This document shows, one piece after another, positions 33,573-47,735 of a stretch of 64,000 bases of DNA. This DNA comes from the human T2T-CHM13v2.0 reference genome, Homo sapiens. Both the position numbers and the translations under genes were made by a program. The stretch covers positions 35,712,001-35,776,000 of the forward strand of contig CP086569.2 of assembly GCA_009914755.4 (NCBI GenBank), read 5' to 3'. Position 1 is the first letter of the stretch, and every line of letters begins with the position of its first letter. The notes beneath the pieces were generated by a model that saw only the letters and a program-made list of their open reading frames with translations, ran no database searches and was not told where the DNA came from.

Positions 33573-36500
33573 GGACTCGTTTGGAATGGTGTAGTATGCA
33601 ATGCAATCGACTGGCAGGGAATCAAAAGGAATGTAATCGAATGGATTGGACTGGAATGCAATGGACTCGAATAGATTGGAAACGGAATGCAAAGGAATGG
33701 AATGGAATAGTATGGAATGGAATGGAAAGGAATGGAGTGGAATAGACTAGAGTGGAATGGAATGGACTGGAAAGCAATGGACTGGAATGGAACTTTCTTG
33801 AATGGACTGGAATCAAACGGAATGGAATGCAATGCAATCAAATGGCATGGAATAAAATAGAATGAAAGAGAATCAAATGGAATTGAATCGAATGGAATCG
33901 AATGGATTGGAAAGGAATAGAATGGAATGGAATGGAATTGACTCAAATGGAATGGACTAGAATGGAATGGATTCGAATGGAAGGCAAAGGAATGGAATCT
34001 ATTGGAATGGACTGTAATGGAATGGAATGGAAGGGATTGGAATGGACTCGAATGGAATGGACTGCAATAGAAAGGATTCGAATGGAATGAAAAAGAATTG
34101 AATGGAATAGAACAGAATGGAATCAAATCGAATGAAATGGAATGGAATAGAAAGGAATGGAATGAAATGGAATGGAAAGGATTCGAATGGAATGCAATCG
34201 AATGGAATGGAATCGAACGGAATGGAATAAAATGGAAGAAAACTGGCAAGAAATGGAATCGAAATGAATGGAGTGTTATGGATCGGACTCAAAAGGAATT
34301 GAATGTAATAGAATGGAGTGGAGTGGACTCGAATATAATGGACTGGAATGGAATGAAATCACATGGAATGGGAACGAATGGAATGGAATGGAAAGGAATG
34401 GAATCGAATGGAAAGGAATCGAATGGAAGGGAATGAAATTGAATCAACAGGAATGGAAGGGAGTAGAATAGACGGTAATGGAATGGACTCGAATAGAATG
34501 GACACGAATGCTCAAATTGAATGGACTCGAATGGAATGGAAACGAAAGGAATGTCATCGAATGGAATTGAATCGGTTGGAATGAAATCGCATAGAATGGA
34601 GTGGAATCAAATGGAATTGAATCGAAAGGAAAGGAAGCGAATGGACTGAAATGAAATGGAATGGAATTGAATGGAATGTAATGCAATGGAATAGAATGGA
34701 ACGAAATTTCACGGAATGGAATCAAACTGAATGGAATCAAATCAATGGAATATAATCAAATGGAATGGAAAGGAATTGAATGGAGTAGATTGGGTTGGAT
34801 GGGATTGGAATGAAATGGAATGGAAAGGACTCGAATTTCATGAAACGGAATGGAATGAATTGGAACGGAATGGACTCGAATGGAATGGAATGACATGGAA
34901 TGGCAAGAAATGGAATGGCATCAAAGGGAATGGAATCGAATGCAATGGAATGCTATGGAATGGAATGGAATGCATTGGAATGGAATGTCCTCTAATGGAA
35001 TGGATTCGAGTGGAATGGAATCTAATATAATGGAGTCGAATGAAATGCAATTGAAAGGAATGGGATCGAATACAATGGAATATACTGGAATGTAATGTAA
35101 AGAACTCGAATGTAATTGAATGGAAAGGAATGTACATGAATGGAATGTAATCGAATGGAAACTAATCCAATGGAATAGTATCTAATGTAATAAAATCGAC
35201 TCAGATAGAGTAGAATGTAATGGAATGGAGTGTAGTGCAATGGAATGGAATGGAATGGAATGCAATGGAATGGAAAGGAATGGAATGGAATGGAATGGAA
35301 TGGGATGGAATGGTATGGAATGGATAGTAATGGACTGGAGTGAAATGGACTGGAAAGGAATGGACTCAAATTGAAAGGTCTCGAAAGGAATGGAGTCAAA
35401 AGGAATGGTCTGGAATGGAATGAACACGAATGTAATGCAATCCAATAGAATGGAGTCGAATGGCATGGAATATAAAGAAATGGAATCGAAGAGAATGGAA
35501 ACAAATGGAATGGAATTGAATGGAATGGAATTGAATGGAATGGGAAGGAATGGAGTGAAATTGTATGCAGTAGAAGAGAATAGAATGGAATGCAAGCAAA
35601 AGGAAAGGAATGGATTGGAATGGAATGGAATTCATTGGAATGGAAGGGAATGTAGTGTAATGGACAGGCCTGGAATAAAGTGGAATGCTACGGTCTCGAA
35701 TGGAATAAAAATGTATGGAATGGAATGCAATGAAACGGAATTGAATGTCATAGAATGTAATGGAATACAAAAAAATGGAATCCAAAATCATTGACTGGAA
35801 AGGCTGGGTGTCGAAAGGAATTGACTCCAATGGAATGGAATCGAATGGAATGGAAGTGAATAGAATCGAACTAAATCGAATGGAATGGAATTGATAGGAA
35901 CGGAATGGAAAGGAATGCAATGATTTGGCATGGAATGGAATCGAATGGCATCGAATGGAATGGAATGGAATGCAATGGAATGGAATGTATTAGAATGTAA
36001 TGAACTTTAATGGAATGTACTCGAATGGATTCGACTGGAATGGAATGTTCTGGAAGTGAATGGACTCCAATGGAATGGATTCAAAAGGAATGGAATCGTA
36101 CGGAATGGAATCTAATGGAATGGAATTAAATGGAAATGAATCAAATTGAATAGCACGGAATTGAATTGAATGGAATCGAATGCAATGGAATCTAATGAAA
36201 CGGAAAGGAAAGGAATGGAATGGAATGGAATGGGCTGGAATGGAAAGGAATCGAAACGAATGGAATGGAATCGAACTGAAGAGACTGGAATGGAATGCAC
36301 TGGAATGGAAGGGAGTGTAATGGAAGGTTGTCGAAAAAAATGGAATCGAATGGAATGGAATTGAATGGAACGGAATAGAGTCGAATGGAATTGAATGGAA
36401 TGGAATGGACTAGAGTGAAATGGAATCGAACCACAAGGAATGGACAGGAATAGAATGGTCTCGAATTGAATGGAATCGTATGGAATGGCATCAAACGGAA

Positions 36501-37141
36501 TGGAATGGACAGCCACGGAATGGAATGCACTCGAATGCAATGGAGTCGAAACTAATGGACTGGAATAGAATGGACTCGACTGGTACGGACTCCAATGGAA
36601 TGGAATCGAATGGAAGGGAATCGAACGGAAGGGAATCGAACGGAATGGACTCGAAGGGAAAAGACTGCAATGGAAAGGTCTCGAATGGAATGGAAATTAA
36701 TGGAATGGAATGGAATCGAATGAAATGGAGTCAAAAGTAATGGAATCGAATGGCAAGAAATCGAATGTAATGGAATCGCAAGGAATTGATGTGAACGGAA
36801 CGGAATGGAATGGAATCCAAAGGAATGGAATAGAATGGAATGGAATCGAATGGAAGGGACTCGAATGGAAATCACTCGAATAGAATGCAATTTAATAAAA
36901 TAGGATCAAATGTAATGGAATGGAATGGAAAGGAATCGAAACGAAAGGAATGGAGACAGATGGAATGGAATGGAACAGAGAGCAATGGTATAGAATGGAA
37001 TGGAATCATCTGGAATGGAATTGAATGGAATGGAATAACATGAAATGGAATGGAATGGAATGGAATGCCTTTGAATTAAATGGACTGGAATGGAATGGTC
37101 TCGAACAGAGTGGAATGGAAAGTGTTGGAATAGAATGGAAT
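33573..37141. repeat. DYZ1 unit 6 (3,569 bp), variant C
   Basis: Near-identical to unit 7 at a 3,569-bp offset (160-aa ORF 35022..35504 recurs as 38591..39073). Contains a 15-bp tandem duplication gaagggaatcgaacg at about 36611-36650. Confidence 0.85.
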
Positions 37142-40100
37142 GGACTCGTTTGGAATGGTGTAGTATGCAATGCAATCGACTGGCAGGGAATCAAAAGGAA
37201 TGTAATCGAATGGATTGGACTGGAATGCAATGGACTCGAATAGATTGGAAACGGAATGCAAAGGAATGGAATGGAATAGTATGGAATGGAATGGTAAGGA
37301 ATGGAGTGGAATAGACTAGAGTGGAATGGAATGGACTGGAAAGCAATGGACTGGAATGGAACTTTCTTGAATGGACTGGAATCAAACGGAATGGAATGCA
37401 ATGCAATCAAATGGCATGGAATAAAATGGAATGAAAGAGAATCAAATGGAATTGAATCGAATGGAATCGAATGGATTGGAAAGGAATAGAATGGAATGGA
37501 ATGGAATTGACTCAAATGGAATGGACTAGAATGGAATGGATTCGAATGGAAGGCAAAGGAATGGAATCTATTGGAATGGACTGTAATGGAATGGAATGGA
37601 AGGGATTGGAATGGACTCGAATGGAATGGACTGCAATAGAAAGGATTCGAATGGAATGAAAAAGAATTGAATGGAATAGAACAGAATGGAATCAAATCGA
37701 ATGAAATGGAATGGAATAGAAAGGAATGGAATGAAATGGAATGGAAAGGATTCGAATGGAATGCAATCGAATGGAATGGAATCGAACGGAATGGAATAAA
37801 ATGGAAGAAAACTGGCAAGAAATGGAATCGAAATGAATGGAGTGTTATGGATCGGACTCAAAAGGAATTGAATGTAATAGAATGGAGTGGAGTGGACTCG
37901 AATATAATGGACTGGAATGGAATGAAATCACATGGAATGGGAACGAATGGAATGGAATGGAAAGGAATGGAATCGAATGGAAAGGAATCGAATGGAAGGG
38001 AATGAAATTGAATCAACAGGAATGGAAGGGAGTAGAATAGACGGTAATGGAATGGACTCGAATAGAATGGACACGAATGCTCAAATTGAATGGACTCGAA
38101 TGGAATGGAAACGAAAGGAATGTCATCGAATGGAATTGAATCGGTTGGAATGAAATCGCATAGAATGGAGTGGAATCAAATGGAATTGAATCGAAAGGAA
38201 AGGAAGCGAATGGACTGAAATGAAATGGAATGGAATTGAATGGAAAGTAATGCAATGGAATAGAATGGAACGAAATTTCACGGAATGGAATCAAACTGAA
38301 TGGAATCAAATCAATGGAATATAATCAAATGGAATGGAAAGGAATTGAATGGAGTAGATTGGGTTGGATGGGATTGGAATTAAATGGAATGGAAAGGACT
38401 CGAATTTCATGAAACGGAATGGAATGAATTGGAACGGAATGGACTCGAATGGAATGGAATGACATGGAATGGCAAGAAATGGAATGGCATCAAAGGGAAT
38501 GGAATCGAATGCAATGGAATGCTATGGAATGGAATGGAATGCATTGGAATGGAATGTCCTCTAATGGAATGGATTCGAGTGGAATGGAATCTAATATAAT
38601 GGAGTCGAATGAAATGGAATTGAAAGGAATGGGATCGAATACAATGGAATATACTGGAATGTAATGTAAAGAACTCGAATGTAATTGAATGGAAAGGAAT
38701 GTACATGAATGGAATGTAATCGAATGGAAAGTAATCCAATGGAATAGTATCTAATGTAATAAAATCGACTCAGATAGAGTAGAATGTAATGGAATGGAGT
38801 GTAGTGCAATGGAATGGAATGGAATGGAATGCAATGGAATGGAAAGGAATGGAATGGAATGGAATGGAATGGGATGGAATGGTATGGAATGGATAGTAAT
38901 GGACTGGAGTGAAATGGACTGGAAAGGAATGGAATCAAATTGAAAGGTCTCGAAAGGAATGGAGTCAAAAGGAATGGTCTGGAATGGAATGAACACGAAT
39001 GTAATGCAATCCAATAGAATGGAGTCGAATGGCATGGAATATAAAGAAATGGAATCGAAGAGAATGGAAACAAATGGAATGGAATTGAATGGAATGGAAT
39101 TGAATGGAATGGGAAGGAATGGAGTGAAATTGTATGCAGTAGAAGAGAATAGAATGGAATGCAAGCAAAAGGAAAGGAATGGATTGGAATGGAATGGAAT
39201 TCATTGGAATGGAAGGGAATGTAGTGTAATGGACAGGCCTGGAATAAAGTGGAATGCTACGGTCTCGAATGGAATAAAAATGTATGGAATGGAATGCAAT
39301 GAAACGGAATCGAATGTCATAGAATGTAATGGAATACAAAAAAATGGAATCCAAAATCATTGACTGGAAAGGCTGGGTGTCGAAAGGAATTGACTCCAAT
39401 GGAATGGAATCGAATGGAATGGAAGTGAATAGAATCGAACTAAATCGAATGGAATGGAATTGATAGGAACGGAATGGAAAGGAATGCAATGATTTGGCAT
39501 GGAATGGAATCGAATGGCATCGAATGGAATGGAATGGAATGCAATGGAATGGAATGTATTAGAATGTAATGAACTTTAATGGAATGTACTCGAATGGATT
39601 CGACTGGAATGGAATGTTCTGGAAGTGAATGGACTCCAATGGAATGGATTCAAAAGGAATGGAATCGTACGGAATGGAATCTAATGGAATGGAATTAAAT
39701 GGAAATGAATCAAATTGAATAGCACGGAATTGAATTGAATGGAATCGAATGCAATGGAATCTAATGAAACGGAAAGGAAAGGAATGGAATGGAATGGAAT
39801 GGGCTGGAATGGAAAGGAATCGAAACGAATGGAATGGAATCGAACTGAAGAGACTGGAATGGAATGCACTGGAATGGAAGGGAGTGTAATGGAAGGTTCT
39901 CGAAAAAAATGGAATCGAATGGAATGGAATTGAATGGAACGGAATAGAGTCGAATGGAATTGAATGGAATGGAATGGACTAGAGTGAAATGGAATCGAAC
40001 CACAAGGAATGGACAGGAATAAAATGGTCTCGAATTGAATGGAATCGTATGGAATGGCATCAAACGGAATGGAATGGACAGCCACGGAATGGAATGCACT

Positions 40101-40710
40101 CGAATGCAATGGAGTCGAAACTAATGGACTGGAATAGAATGGACTCGACTCGTACGGACTCCAATGGAATGGAATCGAATGGAAGGGAATCGAACGGAAG
40201 GGAATCGAACGGAATGGACTCGAAGGGAAAAGACTGCAATGGAAAGGTCTCGAATGGAATGGAAATTAATGGAATGGAATGGAATCGAATGAAATGGAGT
40301 CAAAAGGAATGGAATCGAATGGCAAGAAATCGAATGTAATGGAATCGCAAGGAATTGATGTGAACGGAACGGAATGGAATGGAATCCAAAGGAATGGAAT
40401 AGAATGGAATGGAATCGAATGGAAAGGACTCGAATGGAAATCACTCGAATAGAATGCAATTTAATAAAATAGGATCAAATGTAATGGAATGGAATGGAAA
40501 GGAATCGAAACGAAAGGAATGGAGACAGATGGAATGGAATGGAACAGAGAGCAATGGTATAGAATGGAATGGAATCATCTGGAATGGAATTGAATGGAAT
40601 GGAATAATATGAAATGGAATGGAATGGAATGGAATGTCCTTGAATTAAATGGACTGGAATGGAATGGACTCGAACAGAGTGGAATGGAAAGTGTTGAAAT
40701 AGAATGGAAT
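37142..40710. repeat. DYZ1 unit 7 (3,569 bp), variant C
   Basis: See unit 6. The same 15-bp duplication is present at about 40181-40220. Confidence 0.85.
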
Positions 40711-43700
40711 GGACTCGTTTGGAATGGTGTAGTATGCAATGCAATCGACTGGCAGGGAATCAAAAGGAATGTAATCGAATGGATTGGACTGGAATGCAAT
40801 GGACTCGAATAGATTGGAAGCGGAATGCAAAGGAATGGAATGGAATAGTATGGAATGGAATGGAAAGGAATGGAGTGGAATAGACTAGAGTGGAATGGAA
40901 TGGACTCGAAAGCAATGGTCTGGAATGGAACTTTCTTGAATGGACTGGAATCAAACGGAATGGAATGCAATGCAATCAAATGGCATGGAATAAAATAGAA
41001 TGAAAGAGAATCAAACGGAATTGAATCGAATGGAATCGAATGGATTGGAAAGGAATAGAATGGAATGGAATGGAATTGACTCAAATGGAATGGACTAGAA
41101 TGGAATGGATTCGAATGGAAGGCAAAGGAATGGAATCTATTGGAATGGACTGTAATGGAATGGAATGGAAGGGATTGGAATGGACTCGAATGGAATGGAC
41201 TGCAATAGAAAGGATTCGAATGGAATGAAAAAGAATTGAATGGAATAGAACAGAATGGAATCAAACCTCATGAAATAGAATGGAATAGAAAGGAATGGAA
41301 TGAAATGGAATGGAAAGGATTCGAATGGAATGCAATCGAATGGAATGCAATCGAATGGAATGGAATCGAACGGAATGGAATAAAATGGAAGAAAACTGGC
41401 AAGAAATGGAATCGAAATGAATGGAGTGTTAAGGAACGGACTCAAAAGGAATTGAATGTAATAGAATGGAGTGGAGTGGACTCGAATATAATGGACTGGA
41501 ATGGAATGAAATCACATGGAATGGGAACGAATGGAATGGAATGGAAAGGAATGGAATCGAATGGAAAGGAATCGAATGGAAGGGAATGAAATTGAATCAA
41601 CAGGAATGGAAGGGAATAGAATAGACGGTAATGGAATGGACTCGAATAGAATGGACACGAATGCTCAAATTGAATGGACTCGAATGGAATGGAAATGAAA
41701 GGAATGTCATCGAATGCAATTCAATCGATTGGAATGAAATCGCATAGGATGGAGTGGAATCAAATGGAATTGAATCGAAAGGAAAAGAAGCGAATTGACT
41801 GAAATGAAATGGAATGGAATTGAATGGAAAGTAATGCAACGGAATAGAATGGAATGAAATTTCACGGAATGGAATCAAACTGAATGGAATCAAATCAATG
41901 GAATATAATCAAATGGAATGGAAAGGAATTGAATGGAGTAGATTGTATTGGATGGGATTGGAATGAAATGTACTGGAAAGGACTCGAATTTCATGAAACG
42001 GAATGGAATGTATTAGAACGGAATGGACTCGAATGGAATTGAATGTCACGGAATGGCATCAAATGGAATGGCATCAATTGGAATGGAATCGAATGCAATG
42101 GAATGCTATGGAATGGAATGGAATGCATTGGAATGGAATGTCCTCTAATGGAATGGATTCGAGTGGAATGGAATCGAATATAATGGAGTCTAATGAAATG
42201 TAATTGAAAGGAATGGGATCCAATACAATGGAATATACTGGAATGTAATGTAATGAACTCGAATGTAATTGACTGGAATGGAATGTACATGAGTGGAATG
42301 TAATCGAATGGAAAGTAATCCAATGGAATAGAATCTAATGCAATAAAATCGACTCAAATAGAGTAGAATGTAATGGAATGGAGTGCAGTGCAATGGAATG
42401 GAATGGAATGGGATGGAATGGTATGGAATGGATAGTAATGGACTGGAGTGAAATGGACTGGAAAATAATGGACTCAAATTGAAAGGGCTCGAAAGGAATG
42501 GAGTCAAATGGAATGGTCTGGAATGGAATGAACACGAATGTAATGCAATCCAATAGAATGGAATCGAATGGCATGGAATATAAAGAAATGGAATCGAAGA
42601 GAATGGAAACAAATGGAATGGAATTGAATGGAATGGAATTGAATGGAATGGGAACGAATGGAGTGAAATTGTATGCAGTAGAAGAGAATAGAATGGAATG
42701 CAAGCGAAAGGAAAGGAATGGATTGGAATGGAATGGAATTCATTGGAATGGAAGGGAATGTAGTGTAATGGACAGGCCTGTAATAAAGTGGAATGCTACG
42801 GTCTCGAATGGAATAAAAATGTATGGAATGGAATGCAATGAAACGGAATCGAATGTCATAGAAGTAATGGAATGCAAAAAAATGGACTCCAAAATCATTG
42901 ATTGGAAAGGCTGGGTGTCGAAAGGAATTTACTCCAATGGAATGGAATCGAATGGAATGGAAGTGAATAGAATCGAACTAAATCGAATGGAATGGAATTG
43001 ATAGGAACGGAATGGAAAGGAATGCAATGATTTCGCATGGAATGGAATCGAATGGCATCGAATGGAATGGAATGGAATGCAATGGAATGGAATGTATTAA
43101 AATGTAATGAACTTTAATGGAATGTACTCGAATGGATTCGACTGGAATGGAATGTTCTCGAAGTGAATGGACTCCAATGGAATGGATTCGAAAGGAATGG
43201 AATCTAATGGAATGGAATTAAATGGAAATGAATCAAATTTAATAGAACGGAATTGAATTGAATGGAATCGAATGCAATGGAATCTAATGAAACGGAAAGG
43301 AAAGGAATGGAATGGAATGGAATGGAATGGGCTGGAATGGAATGGAATCGAAACGAATGGAATGGAATCGAACTGAAGAGACTGGAATGGAATACACTGG
43401 AATGGAAGGGAATGTAATGGAAGGTTCTCGAAAAAAATGTAATTGAAAGGAATGGAATTGAGTGGAACGGAATAGAGTCGAATGGAATTCAATGGAATGG
43501 AATGGACTAGAGTGAAATGGAATCGAACCACAAGGAATGGACAGGAATAGAATGGTCTCGAATTGAATGGAATCGTATGGAATGGCATCAAACGGAATGG
43601 AATGGACAGCCACGGAATGGAATGCACTCGAATGCAATGGAGTCGAAACTAATGGACTGGAATAGAATGGACTCGACTGGTACGGACTCCAATGGAATGG

Positions 43701-44223
43701 AATCGAATGGAAGGGAATCGAACGGAATGGACTCGAAGGGAAAAGACTGCAATGGAAAGGTCTCGAATGGAACGGAAATTAATGGAATGGAATGGAATCG
43801 AATGAAATGGAGTCAAAAGGAATGGAATCGAATGGCAAGAAATCGAATGTAATGGAATCGCAAGGAATTGATGTGAACGGAACGGAATGGAATGGAATCC
43901 AAAGGAATGGAATAGAATGGAATGGAATCGAATGGAAAGGACTCGAATGGAAATCACTCGAATAGAATGCAATTTAATAAAATAGGATCAAATGTAATGG
44001 AATGGAATGGAAAGGAATCGAAACGAAAGGAATGGAGACAGATGGAATGGAATGGAACAGAGAGCAATGGTATAGAATGGAATGGAATCATCTGGAATGG
44101 AATTGAATGGAATGGAATAACATGAAATGGAATGGAATGGAATGGAATGCCTTTGAATTAAATGGACTGGAATGGAATGGTCTCGAACAGAGTGGAATGG
44201 AAAGTGTTGGAATAGAATGGAAT
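40711..44223. repeat. DYZ1 unit 8 (3,513 bp), variant D-like
   Basis: Shares the 167-aa-ORF marker (42498..43001) and the 140-aa marker (42190..42612) with units 9 and 13. It differs from them in its distal third (176-aa ORF 43097..43627 against the 179-aa form). Confidence 0.8.
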
Positions 44224-47200
44224 GGACTCGTTTGGAATGGTGTAGTATGCAATGCAATCGACTGGCAGGGAATCAAAAGGAATGTAATCGAATGGATTGG
44301 ACTGGAATGCAATGGACTCGAATAGATTGGAAACGGAATGCAAAGGAATGGAATGGAATAGTATGGAATGGAATGGAAAGGAATGGAGTGGAATAGACTA
44401 GAGTGGAATGGAATGGACTGGAAAGCAATGGACTGGAATGGAACTTTCTTGAATGGACTGGAATCAAACGGAATGGAATGCAATGCAATCAAATGGCATG
44501 GAATAAAATAGAATGAAAGAGAATCAAATGGAATTGAATCGAATGGAATCGAATGGATTGGAAAGGAATAGAATGGAATGGAATGGAATTGACTCAAATG
44601 GAATGGACTAGAATGGAATGGATTCGAATGGAAGGCAAAGGAATGGAATCTATTGGAATGGACTGTAATGGAATGGAATGGAAGGGATTGGAATGGACTC
44701 GAATGGAATGGACTGCAATAGAAAGGATTCGAATGGAATGAAAAAGAATTGAATGGAATAGAACAGAATGGAATCAAACCTCATGAAATAGAATGGAATA
44801 GAAAGGAATGGAATGAAATCGAATGGAAAGGATTCGAATGGAATGCAATCGAATGGAATGCAATCGAATGGAATGGAATCGAACGGAATGGAATAAAATG
44901 GAAGAAAACTGGCAAGAAATGGAATCGAAATGAATGGAGTGTTAAGGAACGGACTCAAAAGGAATTGAATGTAATAGAATGGAGTGGAGTAGACTCGAAT
45001 ATAATGGACTGGAATGGAATGAAATCACATGGAATGGGAACGAATGGAATGGAATGGAAAGGAATGGAATCGAATGGAAAGGAATCGAATGGAAGGGAAT
45101 GAAATTGAATCAACAGGAATGGAAGGGAATAGAATAGACGGTAATGGAATGGAATCGAATAGAATGGACACGAATGCTCAAATTGAATGGACTCGAATGG
45201 AATGGAAATGAAAGGAATGTCATCGAATGCAATTCAATCGATTGGAATGAAATCGCATAGGATGGAGTGGAATCAAATGGAATTGAATCGAAAGGAAAAG
45301 AAGCGAATTGACTGAAATGAAATGGAATGGAATTGAATGGAAAGTAATGCAACGGAATAGAATGGAATGAAATTTCACGGAATGGAATCAAACTGAATGG
45401 AATCAAATCAATGGAATATAATCAAATGGAATGGAAAGGAATTGAATGGAGTAGATTGTATTGGATGGGATTGGAATGAAATGTACTGGAAAGGACTCGA
45501 ATTTCATGAAACGGAATGGAATGTATTAGAACGGAATGGACTCGAATGGAATTGAATGTCACGGAATGGCATCAAATGGAATGGCATCAATTGGAATGGA
45601 ATCGAATGCAATGGAATGCTATGGAATGGAATGGAATGCATTGGAATGGAATGTCCTCTAATGGAATGGATTCGAGTGGAATGGAATCGAATATAATGGA
45701 GTCTAATGAAATGGAATTGAAAGGAATGGGATCCAATACAATGGAATATACTGGAATGTAATGTAATGAACTCGAATGTAATTGACTGGAATGGAATGTA
45801 CATGAGTGGAATGTAATCGAATGGAAAGTAATCCAATGGAATAGAATCTAATGCAATAAAATCGACTCAAATAGAGTAGAATGTAATGGAATGGAGTGCA
45901 GTGCAATGGAATGGAATGGAATGGGATGGAATGGTATGGAATGGATAGTAACGGACTGGAGTGAAATGGACTGGAAAATAATGGACTCAAATTGAAAGGG
46001 CTCGAAAGGAATGGAGTCAAATGGAATGGTCTGGAATGGAATGAACACGAATGTAATGCAATCCAATAGAATGGAATCGAATGGCATGGAATATAAAGAA
46101 ATGGAATCGAAGAGAATGGAAACAAATGGAATGGAATTGAATGGAATGGAATTGAATGGAATGGGAACGAATGGAGTGAAATTGTATGCAGTAGAAGAGA
46201 ATAGAATGGAATGCAAGCGAAAGGAAAGGAATGGATTGGAATGGAATGGAATTCATTGGAATGGAAGGGAATGTAGTGTAATGGACAGGCCTGGAATAAA
46301 GTGGAATGCTACGGTCTCGAATGGAATAAAAATGTATGGAATGGAATGCAATGAAACGGAATCGAATGTCATAGAAGTAATGGAATGCAAAAAAATGGAC
46401 TCCAAAATCATTGACTGGAAAGGCTGGGTGTCGAAAGGAATTTACTCCAATGGAATGGAATCGAATGGAATGGAAGTGAATAGAATCGAACTAAATCGAA
46501 TAGAATGGAATTGATAGGAACGGAATGGAAAGGAATGCAATGATTTCGCATGGAATGGAATCGAATGGCATCGAATGGAATGGAATGGAATGCAATGGAA
46601 TGGAATGTATTAAAATGTAATGAACTTTAATGGAATGTACTCGAATGGATTCGACTGGAATGGAATGTTCTCGAAGTGAATGGACTCCAATGGAATGGAT
46701 TCGAAAGGAATGGAATCTAATGGAATGGAATTAAATGGAAATGAATCAAATTGAATAGAACGGAATTGAATTGAATGGAATCGAATGCAATGGAATCTAA
46801 TGAAACGGAAAGGAAAGGAATGGAATGGAATGGAATGGAATGGGCTGGAATGGAATGGAATCGAAACGAATGGAATGGAATCGAACTGAAGAGACTGGAA
46901 TGGAATACACTGGAATGGAAGGGAATGTAATGGAAGGTTCTCGAAAAAATGTAATTGAAAGGAATGGAATTGAGTGGAACGGAATAGAGTCGAATGGAAT
47001 TCAATGGAATGGAATGGACTAGAGTGAAATGGAATCGAACCACAAGGAATGGACAGGAATAGAATGGTCTCGAATTGAATGGAATCGTATGGAATGGCAT
47101 CAAACGGAATGGAATGGACAGCCACGGAATGGAATGCACTCGAATGCAATGGAGTCGAAACTAATGGACTGGAATAGAATGGACTCGACTGGTACGGACT

Positions 47201-47735
47201 CCAATGGAATGGAATCGAATGGAAGGGAATCGAACGGAATGGACTCGAAGGGAAAAGACTGCAATGGAAAGGTCTCGAATGGAATGGAAATTAATGGAAT
47301 GGAATGGAATCGAATGAAATGGAGTCAAAAGGAATGGAATCGAATGGCAAGAAATCGGATGTAATGGAATCGCAAGGAATTGATGTGAACGGAACGGAAT
47401 GGAATGGAATCCAAAGGAATGGAATAGAATGGAATGGAATCGAATGGAAAGGACTCGAATGGAAATCACTCGAATAGAATGCAATTTAATAAAATAGGAT
47501 CAAATGTAATGGAATGGAATGGAAAGGAATCGAAACGAAAGGAATGGAGACAGATGGAATGGAATGGAACAGAGAGCAATGGTATAGAATGGAATGGAAT
47601 CATCTGGAATGGAATTGAATGGAATGGAATAACATGAAATGGACTGGAATGGAATGGAATGCCCTTGAATTAAATGGACTGGAATGGAATGGACTCGAAC
47701 AGAGTGGAATGGAAAGTGTTGAAATAGAATGGAAT
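44224..47735. repeat. DYZ1 unit 9 (3,512 bp), variant D
   Basis: Near-identical to unit 13 at a 14,063-bp offset (ORFs 45703, 46011 and 46610 recur at 59766, 60074 and 60673). Confidence 0.85.
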
